Shown here one piece after another: positions 51,721 through 64,000 of a DNA stretch of 64,000 bases; within the stretch, counting starts at the first letter, position 1, and each line of letters opens with the position of its first letter. The DNA is from Azolla caroliniana. Taxonomy: Eukaryota > Plantae > Polypodiophyta. Both the position numbers and the translations under genes were made by a program. The stretch lies in assembly GCA_043228905.1 (NCBI GenBank), contig JBHGNT010000020.1:14694001-14758000 (forward strand), read 5' to 3'. Below the pieces are notes generated by a model. It saw only the letters and a list, made by a program, of their open reading frames with translations. It ran no database searches and was not told the origin of the DNA.

Positions 51721-52291
51721 CATAGTTCTAGCCATACGTCCCATTCGTGTCATACTCAAACGCCAATATTCGTATCATACTCATACGTGAAAAGGCTCCA
51801 AGTATGATTGAAATCCATACGCGGTACATAGATATATTATATATACATATGGTGTATATGGTGTACATAGTGTGTGTGTGTGTGTGAGGGGGAGAGAGAG
51901 AGAGAGAGAGCGTGTGTGGTCTAGAGAGAGAAGCCCTGTTTTGCGTGTGAGGAGACAGTGATTGAGTGTATATCTAGACTCTAGAGAGAGAGAGAGAGAG
52001 GAGCTATGGGTTTTGTCTGTGTGAGGGAGTATGTAATATGTATATTAGATATCTAGATTTTGTAGAGAGAGAAAATCTGTCAGTTCTCGTGTGAGAGAGA
52101 GAGTGTGTGTGTGTATGTGTGTCAGATGTCACTTCTATTCACAAAATATTATGAATATCAAAAAAAAAAAAAACCAAAATAAAGTAAAAAAAAAAAAAAA
52201 AGCCAAACGAATATCGCGTATCATACGCGTACGTTTGCAAACGTTCGCGTACGTCCAGTAAATTGGACGTACGCGAATATTAGGAACTATG
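51721..52291. mobile_element. Non-autonomous hAT-like DNA transposon (MITE)
   Basis: 8-bp TSD AATATAAT (51713-51720, 52292-52299); TIRs CATAGTTC / GAACTATG; GA/GT microsatellite interior; interrupts the protease region of D. Confidence 0.9.
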
Positions 52292-54515
52292 AATATAATC
52301 CATAGCCCCGAGCATCAATTGTCCTTGGTTTGCCATGGTTTGAGCTACATAACCCACGCATTGATTGGAGGAGGTGAGAAATTTGGTGCCCTTTTGCAGA
52401 AAACATCATTGCTAAGGATCGAACCCAAGACTATTCCCTTAAAGAATATAGTTCTACCAATCCTTTTCACCAACTCTCAACTATAACATTGCAACAAATG
52501 TTCCAAATGGGAGGAAAGGAGGAACTTTTCTTGTTTGCAATATCAGTGACACCTTCTAGTGCCACTCAAGGGAATTCAAGCATCCAAATTCCCAAAAAAT
52601 ATCAAGAATATGTTGATGTTTTCGACAAAGTCAAAGCTAGTGTACTTCCAAAGCAACTGTCACCAACTGAGCTTGAGGTTCTTCGAGAATACATCGAGGA
52701 GAATCTTGCACATGCGTTTATTCGACATTCAAAGTCTATAGCCGGTGCACCTATATTTTTTGTGAAGAAAAAGGACGGGTCGCTTCGTTTGGTCGTGGAC
52801 TATCGGGGATTAAATAAAGTCACCATAAGAAATAGGTATGCTCTTCCTTTAATCTCCAGTCTTTTAGAGTGCATTGGTGGGGCAAAACATTTTACAAAGA
52901 TTGATTTAAGGGGTGCATATAATCTTGTTCGCATTCGACCCAAAGATGAGTGGAAGACGGCATTTCACACTCGCTATGGTCATTTCGAGTATACAGTCAT
53001 GCCTTTTGGGCTCACAAATGCACCCACAGTTTTCCAACATATGGCAAATGACATTTTCCGTGATTTTCTGGATATCTTTCTCATAATCTATTTAGATGAT
53101 CTATTGATTTACTGTAAAACACAGGAGGAGCATGATATACATGTCCGGAAAGTACTTGAACGCTTAAGAAAGTATGGTCTATATGCTAAACTTGAGAAGT
53201 GTAGTTTTGACAGCGAACAAGTAGAATTCTTGGGTTATACTATTTCATCTAAGGGTATCTTCATGGATCCAGCAAAAGTTAAAACAATATTGGAATGGCG
53301 ACCCCCACATTCTGTTCAAGACGTCCAATGCTTCCTTAGATTTGCTAAATTCTATCGCAAATTCATACGGAATTATTCAAAGATCGTGTTGCCTCTCACC
53401 CAACTCACCAAGAAGAATCAAGCGTTTGTTTGGACTATTGAAGCGGACACAACCTTTACTCAGCTCAAAGAGGCATTCACATCAGTTCCTATATTAGCAC
53501 ATATTCATCCTGAAAATCCATTTACCATTGAAGCGGATGTGTCAAACTTTCCATTGGGGAGTATCCTATTCCAACCAAGCAAGGACGGGCAATCCCATCC
53601 AGTCGCTTTTCACTCGAGAAAATTTACTGCTGCAGAGATAAACTATGACTCTTTCGAGCAATGGTGAGATTTCTTGGAAGGATCGCCTCATCAAATCATC
53701 ATTTATAGTGATCACAAAAATCTTACGTATTTCCAAACAGCGCGAGTGTTAAATAGGAGACAAGCTCAGTGGGCATAGTTTCTAACTCATTTTGATTTCA
53801 AGATCATTTTCCGACCTGGGAAGCAACAAGGGCAGCCGGATGCTCTATCTCGACTTTCATATCTCGCACCTCGACCTGGAGATCCGGCCTTCGACAACCA
53901 AAACCAAATTCTACTAGGACCATCAAAGTTACAAGCGACAACAGTTTATGCCACGCCACTGGATTCACGCCTCGTTGATACTATTCAACAACAACTTCAC
54001 TTTGATGATTTCACTAAGCATGTCTCAGCCCACATTAGTCCAAGCCATTCATCTTGCTAGACAATGCAAGGTTCATCTTTGATTCAACATTATGAGGAAT
54101 TCAAGTGGCAATATGTCTTACTCTTTTACGTCCCGAATGGATCACCTCGCCTTCAAGTATTAGAGCATTGTCATGATGCCCCTATGGTTGGACATTTTGG
54201 TATTGCCAAGACCATGGAGTTGGTGAAGCACTTGTTTTGGTGGCCTCATTCGCAAAAATTTGTCAAAGATTATGTTCGTACATGTAACACCTGTTGTCGA
54301 GCCAAAATACCCAGGCATCATCCTTATGGCTTGTTACAACCGTTACAGCCTCCAACCAAGCCATGGCAATCTATTTCTATGGATTTCATTACAGATCTAC
54401 CACCTTCACAAGGATTTGATACTATTTTAACAGTAGTGGATCGGTTTACCAAGATGGCACATTTTTTACCATGTGTAAAGAGCATCAGTTATCACGAAAC
54501 CGTAGATATCGTTAT

Positions 54516-55197
54516 TGTTGGGAAACAGGTCCCTCCGGATGGGAAGGGAGAAGAACAGTGTTGATGAGCAAACTCGGTCGAGGCCGAAACCGGATGAGGA
54601 GTACCCGGCTACGGAGAGCCGGATGGTGCAAACCCAGTGAGAACCGGATGAGGAGTACCCGGAAACGGAAGACCCGGCGAGAACCGGATGGCAAGTACCT
54701 GGCAAGCGCCGGATGATGCAGGCCTGGTGAGGAGTGCTCACCGGATGAAGAGACATATTTGTAAATATGTTTCTGAGAGTCCATCGAGGCTATATTTGTA
54801 AATAGCCGAAAAGGCCATATTAGTATAAATATGACTTAAGGCAAACTTATAGTAGGGTTGTTGTTATTCTTGTTGGCACAAGATTAGAGCATGCAATTGT
54901 GTACAGAGAGAGTGAGAGAGAGGAAGAGGTTGTTGCCTCTGATTGTAACCACCGCCTGTGGCGAAGATAGCAAGCTCGAGGTCATGGCCTTGGTGCTTTC
55001 TTATTGTACATTCTGACATAGTGATAGTTTGCGGTCTGTGGGCTGCCATGGTTTTTTCCCGAGTTTGGTTTTTCCACGTAAACATCCTGTGTACTCTTCT
55101 CTCTATCGTGTTTGTGTTTCATTTCCTGTTTTCTGTGTTTTATTCTAGGCTCGGTTTTGGCCGAGCGTTGTTCAAAGGGAGCGTGTAGTTCCTGGCA
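54516..55197 (+). repeat. Solo LTR of the copia J/K family in the integrase of D
   Basis: TGTTG...GGCA, perfect TSD GTTAT, homologous to the J LTR. Confidence 0.92.
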
Positions 55198-56295
55198 GTT
55201 ATGTGTGAAGTATTTCGCCATCATGGTCTTCCAGACGATATAATTACTAATCGTGGTCCTCAATTTATCTCTCACTTTTGAAAGCACCTATGGGCAGGCC
55301 TCAAAATATCATACAAACTCTCTTCAACTTTTCATCCACAAACCAACGGACAAACAGAGCGCACGAATCAAACGCTCGAGCAATATCTTCGATGCTTCAT
55401 CAGTTATCAACAAGATGATTGGAGTAATATTCTACATCTCACTGAGTTTGCATACAATAACACAGTACACTCTTCTACCAAGGTTACATCGGCAACCATC
55501 CTTGATGGTGTATCTTGGATCTTCCCAAGGTCCCTCGAAACCCTAATGCTGAGCATCATCTTCATCGACTACATCGAATTCAGTTAGCATTATCTTCACA
55601 TCATCAGACAGCTCAAGCACAACATAAGACCAACGCCAATCGCCATCGTCTTAAGTCTCCTTTTAAGGTTGGTGACCAAGTATGGTTGCTTCATCGTCAC
55701 ATCAAGACTACCCGGCCATGTGAGAAGCTTGATTATTAGCGCTTAGTTCCTTTTCTCATCACATCGTGTATTAACGATGTCACCTTTCGTCTTAATCTTC
55801 CAGCACACATGCGGCTTCACCCAGTCTTTCATAGCTCTCTTTTGGAACCTTGTCGCACCTCTACCATTCCTAATCGTGTCATGCCACCTCCTCCCTCTGT
55901 CCAACTTGTTGATGGCATTGAATACGAGGTAGTTGTTATTCTCGATTCAAAGATTGTGCGAAATAAGCTCTATTATCTGGTTGATTGGGTAGGCTATCCT
56001 CCGAGTGATCGCACTTTGGAACCCGCCAATAATGTTTCTAATGCTCAAGCTCTTGGCAAAGACTTCCATCGTCGTCATCCAAACAAACCGGGCCCTACAT
56101 TGTTAACGATGACTTCCACTCGTCGTTCTTGAAGGGGAGATAGTGTCATGAATACATAAGCATCATGGCTTCACTTGGGCTTGAACCCAAGACCTTGTAA
56201 TACATAATCAAGAACCTAACCATTAAGATAGCATATGATCATATGAAATAATAAAAGCTACTTCTTGTAATAGACTGACTATTGTAAATGTCATG

Positions 56296-56410
56296 GAACA
56301 TTCTAGAACATTCTAGAATATCCTAGAACATCTTAGAATATTATAGGTCTAGAACATTCTAGAATATCCTAGAACTTCTTAGAATATTTTAGGTCTAGAA
56401 CATTATAGAA
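56296..56410 (+). promoter_or_regulatory. Heat-shock-element-like array in the U3 of D (also at 49799-49905)
   Basis: GAAcaTTCtaGAAcaTTCtaGAA followed by further degenerate units, directly upstream of TATAAATA. Confidence 0.6.
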
Positions 56411-57429
56411 ATCACTAGGCTATAGGAACCTATAAATATAGACATATAGTTCTTCTCAAACCAATTCGAATCAACACCAGTCTTAAGTTTTCGTCGCCTA
56501 TCTTGTATCCATCTTCATTCTATCTTATTAATACATTCATTCCTCTCTTATCACTTCATTCTTCTCTTCTTGTGATCTCTTTCCATCATTCTTCCGCCAC
56601 TCTCTCTTTTCTCTTGGTTCTGATATCGATGTATTGAGAGTCAGAACATTAATATAAGAGTGAGTTATTATTATCGTATGTTATCTCTTATTTCTATTCC
56701 ATCCTGGGTTTAATGTATTGATCTTATGCATGTAATATGTGTGTGCTATGAATCGGATATCAACCAAACGTTAACCGGGTGCAGTTCCTAAAGTCAGACA
56801 TCCCTACCGTAGCCACCCTTTGGTGAAGTCATGCTTAGAGGACACCTTGTGTTAGTGGCTAGTTCGGCCCAAGAGTAACAAATAGTATTGACATGGCGAC
56901 TAAGAGCCAAACTTGATCACCAACTACAAAGGCAGGTGTAGCGGAATAATGTCGATCAACTTGCGCTTTGTATTGTTCCCTTGCAAGGATGAGGTCAAGG
57001 AAGAGGTGTTGATGAATGTCGGATAAAATAGGAGCATGTCCTTCCGCTGATGGGTTGACAAAGTTGCTAGGTAGCGAAATGATGTCGATCAACTTGCGCT
57101 TTGTAATGTTCCCTTGCAAGGATGATTTCAAGGGAGAGGTGTTGATGAATGTCGACTAAAATATGAGCACGTCCTTCCGCTGACAGGTTGACAAAGTTGC
57201 TAGGGATGGAAATACTAAAGCGAGAATGGAAACCATAGTTGGCGAAAAATAGGGTGACCCTAGTTGAACCATGTACCGTATTATTATACGTGAACTCAAC
57301 CAAGGGTGGGAGGTCAACCCAATCATCTTGTTGGTAGCTAAGCGAGCATCGAAGGTATTGCTCGAGAATTTGGTTCACCCACTCCGTTTCGCCATCGGTT
57401 TGAGGATGATAGGACGAAGACAAATTCAA

Positions 57430-59352
57430 CATCTTATGATCTTATAGATAAACAAACATAATAATTATAATAATATATAGTAGTATAGTGGTTAGTGCTA
57501 AAAAGTATATATGGAGTGGTTTAGAGGTGGAGTCTCCCATCCCTAAATCTAAGAGCATTTTGTTCCCCTTCCCTTTTGTGACAAAGGAAATAAAAAAGAA
57601 GCATGTAATGTTAAAATAGGTGTCTCTTTCCTCTATAAGAGGGGAGGGATAGGGCTTATTCGAGGGTCACCCATTTTTCCTTAGGGGTGTGCCACTAGGG
57701 TTTCATTTCTTCTCCTCTTCTTCTTGGGTTAGGGTTTTGTAGCTTCCCTTTCTCCTTATGCCTTCTTTCTCCTTCTTTTTCTTGCATGGTTAGGGTTTGA
57801 AAGCTTTTTCTTTCTACTTTTCTATCTTTCATCTCAACATATTAGAGAACCATAGGTTTAGGTTTTTATGTTCCTTATATGAGCGTGTAGGGTTCTTCTT
57901 TCTTATGAGTTTTATGGTTGTGAGTTTTTCTTCCACTTGTGAGTTAGGGTTTGGGTTTGGGTTCCTTAAACAACGACTTCTTCAACATCTAGATGGTGGT
58001 AAACTTGGTGGCTAGTTGCAAAAGGGAGGTTGTAGTGGCACGAGAGCTACTCCGAATCGAGGCAACATAGCTGTTGGAAGTAGTCGAGCTCGGAGCCCAC
58101 TAGACTCGCCTTCATAAAATTATTTTCAGCCACTTATGTGTTGATTAGCCGTTTTTGAATAATGATGAAACTATTTCTATGTAAAAGAATCACCTAAATC
58201 GTGGTATCTAACCTAACCGTTGTACAAACCCTAATTTTCGCAACATAAGTCTTGTATATTTTTTTCTACATTTCTCCCTAACCTCGTGTGTATTCTCCTT
58301 AAACATTTGCTAATCGTGGTGGCGAATCTCCCACTTTCTCACCACCCCTTCTATCTCCCCGGTCCAAGGCCCTAGCGGTTCCGTTCGAGCGACACACGCA
58401 TGCGAAACTTTGCGAGATTGGTGAACCCAACGTGAAAGAATTAGGGTTTGTACAATGGTTAGGTTAGATACCACAATTTAGGTGATTCTTTCACATAGAA
58501 ATAGTTTCATCATTATTCAAAAACTGTTAATCAACACACAAGGGGTTGAAATTAATCTGATGAAGGCGAGTCTAGTGGGCTCGGAGCTCGATTACTTCCG
58601 ACGGTTATGTTGCCTCGATTCGGAGTAGCTCTCGTGCCACTACAACCTCCCTTCCGCAACCGGCCACCAAGTTGACCGCCATCGAGATGTTGAAGAAATT
58701 GTCGTATAAAGAACCCTAACCCTAACCCTAACTCACAAGTGGATGCAAAACTCACAACCCTAAAACTCATGAGAAAGAAGAACCCTACACACTCATAAGG
58801 AACATAAACACCCTAAACCTCGGGTTCTCTAATATGTTGAGGAGAAAGATAGAGAAGTAGAAAGAAGAAGCTCTCATACCCTAACCCTACAAGAAAAAGA
58901 AGAAGAAAGAGAGGCTACAAAACCCTAATTCCTCTAGTATGTTGAGGAGAAAAGAAGAAGCTTTGTGACCCTTAGAAGGAAAAGAAGAAGGAGAAAGGGA
59001 GGCTACAAAACCCTAACCCAAGAAGAAGATGAGAAGAAGATGAAACCTAGTGCTACACCCCTAAGACAAAATGGGTGACCCTCGAATAAACCCTATCCCT
59101 CCCCTCTTATAGAGGAAAGAGACGCCTATTTTAACATTACATGCTTCTTTTTTATTTCCTTTGTCACCAAAGGAAGGGGAACAAAATGCTCTTAGGTTTA
59201 GGGATGGGAGACTTAAACTCTAAACCACTCCATATATACTTTTTAGCACTAACCACTATACTACTATATATTATCATGATTATTATGTTTGTTTATCTAG
59301 AAGATCATAAGATGCATGCGGAACCTTGATTTTTCTCATAGTGGCCACGACA
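57430..59352. repeat. Long inverted repeat made of two oppositely oriented LTR copies
   Basis: Arms 57430-58236 and 58439-59314 are reverse complements with scattered mismatches and indels. The minus copy starts TGTCG at 59352; the plus copy ends CGACA at 58394. Confidence 0.85.
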
Positions 59353-60289
59353 CCGCCGCCAAAAACGAGAGACAAATTGGGGTTCGTGATTTGAGGGGGC
59401 ATCATCTAGAACCCCATGAAGCCGCACCGCATTCTTTAAAAATAGATCGGTTGTTGCTTTTGTGGAAATAGTCTTTGAATAAGGGGCAAAATGGGCCATC
59501 TTCGTAAATCGATCTACCATGACGAGCATTGTGTCATCCGTGGACAAGAGGCAAGTCAGTGATGAAATCCATGGAAACTGATGCCCAAGGACGGATGGGA
59601 ATGGGAAATGGTCAGAGCAACCCATATGGCCTATGGTGGACGACTTTGGATCTAGCACAAGTATCATGTGTCTTGATGAATTCCTTGACGAACTTCCATG
59701 GTTGAGGCCACCAATATCCTTGTGAGATTAATTCGAGTGTCTTTGTAATGCCAAAATGACCAGCCAAGGGGTCATCATGACACTTTTGGAGAACTTGAGC
59801 TCGACATCGGCCCTCCGAAACATATAAGAGTTGGTCTCAGTAAAGCAATCCCCCCTCGAATCTGAAGCAATCAAGGTCTTCCTTGGTCTTCGATTTAGAC
59901 AGATCAAGAAGACTTTCCTGAATTGCATTGGCAAATTTGTCGGTGGGAAGTGCTATGGTTATCTCTTCAAGCAAGGAGTTTTCATGGAGCATTCATGCGG
60001 TGAAGAGCTGGAATTGATCTGGTTTAAGGAAACATTGAGATTGTTGAGCATAGGCATCATCCCTTGGGCTCAACTCAAAATCCGACCGTTGTGAAAGAGC
60101 ATCAGCCTTCATGTTTTGTGCCCCTGGCCGAAAGACAATTTCAAAGTCATAGTCAGCTAAGAAAGTTGACCAACGGGCCTACCGCCGTTTCAGAGTATGG
60201 GTTGTTGAGAAATACAATAAATTTTTATGATCTGTTAATATCTATGAGATATTGTTCTGATGATCGCTTCCAATAGTAACTTCGTCATC

Positions 60290-60450
60290 TCAGTTTTCTT
60301 TGCCAACGGATTTCATGTTGTCAGTGTAGAATCTCCGGAGCACCTTTGTCACGTATTTTTCTTGTGACAACCATAGTAACTTCTTTGTCCTGTCCTAGAC
60401 AATGTGCATTCTCAAGATTTGTTTTGTGGGATCCATATCCTTAGCATGGT
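60290..60450 (-). pseudogene. Short copia RT fragment
   Basis: KDMDPTKQILRMHIV*DRTKKLLWLSQEKYVTKVLRRF on the minus strand. Confidence 0.8.
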
Positions 60451-60621
60451 CTATCAATGTTTAATGATTTGGTTCAACGTTATAAACAATAGATTTCAGA
60501 TGATACTATACTTGTACTTTGAAACTAAAGACAATAGAAGCTCTCATAGAATGATGCCAATCATTATTCGACATTTATTATGCGGATTCATATAAATGTT
60601 GGTACTTAACCATATTATTGC

Positions 60622-62011
60622 TCATCGAGCTTGCACATTTAAATATATAGATGAAATTTCCCCTGTGACCTTTGGCGATGCTTCATGATTTGATTCCAAA
60701 ACAATGGCCTCACGCAACTCATTACAAACATTATACATTGTAGGTCTCTTTATCCCCTCATGTTGGACACACGCCATGGCAATCTCTGCTACTTTCCACA
60801 TAGATGACAAATTATATTCATCTTTAAGTCGTTTATCAACAACTTCTTGTATCATTCCTTGTTCAAGTGAGGGTCTTACCTGTGCAATTAAAAATACATT
60901 CAAGCTATTTCCTAACTTTCCATTGACAATATTATATTGTTTTAAACAGTTTGCAATGATCATACCCATTCAGCAATGTGGACGTCTACATTTGTTAGGT
61001 TTGCATCTTTGGATACTACAGGCATTTTTCCACATATAGCTTCAAGAATAACGACCCCAAAGCTATATATATCGACCTTCTTTGTCAATCTTAATGTCGA
61101 AGTATACCTATGTTTAAACAAAAAAAAAAGAATATAAAAATGCAAAAACACATACCTTAATGCTTCTACGGAATTATGATTTTTTTAAGATTCTTATCAA
61201 GAGTTTTTTCTTAAAATATTTGTTGTATACACTTAGGAACTTAGGAACTTAAACACTTACTCGGGATCTAAATATCCCAAAGTACCAACTATCCTTGTTG
61301 TATTACTAGCATCATTGGATGTGAGTTTCGATATCCCAAAATCAGACATCTTCCCTTCGAGATTACTAGATAATAAAATATTGCTAGTCTTTACATCTCT
61401 GTGAATGATATTACATCCATCATGTAGATACGTAAGTCCTACAGTAAAAAAACATTGTTTTAACTCCAAATATGAAAACCAATGATATAAAAATGTATAT
61501 TATAACTTTCATTACCTTCTGCGGCATCACATAAAATTTGTAATCGTTGAGGCCACGTCAAAATTCTTGATGCTTTTCTCCCTTTGTTAATGATCAAAGA
61601 GGAAAATGTTTCATAATGTACAAAGAACCTTAATAAAGTGATTATATGATGCACTTGATTTGTTTGTTAAGTGTAGTTTGGGCATCCTAGTTGTGTGGTA
61701 GATCGAACACAATTTTTGGTTCATTCTAAGATTGTACCTATCCTTTCATTATAATGTGAACAATATCTTGTAATTCCTAGTATGGTAGGATCAATCTAAA
61801 ACATTTTAGGATGAAATGTGGGAATTTCAAGGATTAAATTTAATTATAGAGTGACAAACATAAATAATGAATAATATGTTATCTTACTTGAAAGGGCATC
61901 ATGAAGTGAACCATTTGACATGAACTCATAAACCAACATGAGTGATCTCTCAATAGAATAACCCACAAATCCAACTAGGTTCTTGTGGTGAACACGAGAG
62001 AGAAGACTAAC
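60622..62011 (-). CDS. Receptor-like protein kinase, C-terminal kinase exons (LRR-I/malectin-like type); 5' exons not found in window
   Basis: Exons 62011-61888, 61581-61516, 61438-61261, 61107-60966 and 60879-60622 have GT-AG borders and consistent phases. They encode [57 protein letters not shown] and [18 protein letters not shown]. Confidence 0.93.
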
Positions 62012-64000
62012 CTACCCAAATATCAGTTTAAAACAATTGTATTATCAACATAAAATCATATGATAAAATTTGAAACTAATAGATAAGTTATCTAATGTAT
62101 TGTTGATCATGATTGTAGGTGAAAAATATTTAAACGTTATGAATTAATGTGGAACTGAGAAAGGACATATAGGCAAATCAAAGACACATAGATTTTATTT
62201 AATTTATTTTTCTAAATTCTAACTGTCGGCGTAAATAAATACTTTGGTGTAGAGTAGAACCACTCCGACTTCTAGGAAATCTGTCAGCATGAAACTCCAA
62301 TTGCTTGAGCTCCACTTGTTACTTACTACCTTTTATATTAGTCAACGAGCCTTTGAGATTATGTACAATCTCTGTCCAATCCTAGAAATGATTTGGGCAG
62401 GTCCAATGACACATAGATTTGAGTAAAAGAGGGCACAATAATCTTGAATATGAAGGTGTTGAATTAAAGATTCCATGATGATTAAATAAGGTGACAATTC
62501 AAGATCATTATAGGTATGGAAACTACTATAATTTGAGTCTGATTAATGTATAGTTTATTACTTACCTATTGTAGTGGTTGTAAGAGCATATGTTAATCAC
62601 ATTAAAATTATCTAATCCTTTTCCATTGCGTGCATGTATTGCAACTATTGATGTTGGCAAACTTGGCACTATCTCCTTAACACATTAACGTAATTAAGGA
62701 ACAACACATGATGGCCATGATGATTTGTTGGAGGCATCTCAAAAACGATCATATGTGTAGGCAACAAGTGGTAGATTAACATCTTAATGTCACATGGATA
62801 TACTATCAAATCTCATGCATGCCATTCAACTGTGTAACTACTTGCAAAGGACTCAACGTTCAAAGGATTTCCTCATCATAGATATGAGATCAACCATCTC
62901 TTCTGGCTTGGAAGAACAATGACTATTATTATTTACTCTAATATAGCAACATAGGTGACCAATCCTCTTTTCTTTGTGTAGTAGTGCTACGGAAAGAATT
63001 ACAAATAAGTTATATGATTGTGGCTCTTAGCTATGATTTATTGTGAATTATAATAACCTTACTCAGATTTCCATTTATAACCTATGGTAACTTTAGATTT
63101 CATTCAATATATAAGAGCATTATCTAATACAATCCTTAATTAAGATAAGTTGTATACTAGGTATAGTTTAAAAAAACTTCATATATTTAACAAACCTCTA
63201 GTGTCTATTTGAAAGGCAAGTGAGAAAGTGTGGATCAATCCAATGGTATGTTCTACTTTCATGTGCATGAGTGTTGGATGCCATAAATTCTCTATTGCGG
63301 TGTTATTGAGGTAGTATCCATTGAGCACTCTCTTTATAGTCCTACAGGTGCGAATTGAGGAGTTTCCAATCCAATTTCTTGAAAGGTCTAAGCCATGACA
63401 ATCCACTAAAATACTCTCTTGCCAATTCTTTGCAAGGCCTAAGCCATGAAAATCCTTGTTTTACTTTCTACACTTATTACATAGTACTAAATGACAATTT
63501 ACAAAGGTCTTATGCCTTTCCTTCACTTCATTCCGTAAGATAAAAGTTCAATGTGACAACATTATATGTTGTGTACTCTAGTTATAAACCTCACATGTTG
63601 CTTGGCCTCATCTAATACATTTTTGGATTCACAAGATTTGGTGGTCCCCCTTGGGGTTGGGTTGTCCCAACCCAAGGTGGGTCCTTCTTTGGGACTGGGA
63701 CTATCCCCCTTGGTGAGTCCCTATTTAGATTGGGAGTCTATCCCAGTTGGGACAACTTAGGCACACCACAAATGGAGGGTTCCCATAGCTAGCTTAAATG
63801 AATTAATTCAGTCTTGGAAGCAACATGATTCTGCATATCGTATTGTTCCCAATCCTGTAACTCATGTTTTGTTGAAGAATTTTACGTTAGGTAACCATTC
63901 CCACATTCTGAGATTCACTTTCATTGTCTCCTACTCTCTCATTATCAACTTGGCTCGAGGGAGTGTGTGCCATTTTGCTTTCTCCCTCCCCTTCGATGGT

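Larger units (their letters stand above)
49799..56625 (+). mobile_element. Chromoviral Ty3/gypsy element D (Tcn1-like, self-priming type)
   Basis: 5' LTR remnant 49799-50117; gag PAKFDGSR (50331-51350); RT/RH 52489-53667 (YLDD); INT 54064-55800; chromodomain YEVVVILDS..YLVDWVGY (55809-56132); PPT GAAGGGGAGATAG; 3' LTR 56144-56625. Confidence 0.93.
47339..56880 (+). mobile_element. Internally deleted A-family gypsy element C
   Basis: 5' LTR 47339-47767, PBS TGGCGACCACGA at 47774, gag fragment to ~48990, RT fragment 49030-49280, ORF3 fragment 49700-49770, 3' LTR remnant 56626-56880. Near-TSD AGTAG/AATAG restores host INT NTTRPCGK. Confidence 0.85.
46677..60280 (-). mobile_element. Chromoviral Ty3/gypsy element I (Tcn1-like), 5'-truncated and split by insertions
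   Basis: 3' LTR 46677-46916; PPT AGCAGGGGGATAA; chromodomain EVDKILDSR..QYLVLWKGY..ATWE (46950-47130); INT 47130-47338, 56881-57429 (SSSYHPQTDG) and 59353-59800 (VDRFTKMAHF). Confidence 0.88.

Noticed and set aside
56165-56232. Annotating the tRNA-like segment as a tRNA gene
   Set aside because: Acceptor and anticodon stems are not convincing; kept only as a finding.
63640-63760. Short imperfect inverted repeats (GTTGTCCCAAC/GTTGGGACAAC)
   Set aside because: No clear TSD or second copy in the window; a possible MITE remnant, but unsupported.
62012-64000. Upstream kinase exons (GxGxxG, VAVK) and short ORFs
   Set aside because: No such motifs found on the minus strand; treated as AT-rich intron.

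Overview
Plant nuclear DNA, probably from a non-seed land plant (inferred from the retrotransposon lineages). Bases 1-~60450 are a deeply nested island of mostly decayed LTR retrotransposons: Ty1/copia elements, non-chromoviral Ty3/gypsy elements with an extra 3' ORF, and Tcn1-like chromoviruses. It also holds solo LTRs, two hAT-type non-autonomous DNA transposons and a ~1.9 kb LTR-derived inverted repeat. Bases 60622-62011 hold the last five exons of an intact minus-strand receptor-like kinase (LRR-I-like). Main observation: both full-length non-chromoviral gypsy elements (1264-11394 and 14377-33415) lack a polypurine tract. In its place, 2 nt from the 3' LTR, each has a copy of a tRNA-Arg-like 3' end ending in CCA, i.e. 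a second, oppositely oriented primer-binding site. This suggests both cDNA strands may be primed by tRNA. Also notable: a Tf1-type self-priming PBS, heat-shock-element arrays and tRNA-like A/B boxes in LTRs, duplicated PPTs with an RNase H C-terminal extension, and a probable gag swap between two copia elements.
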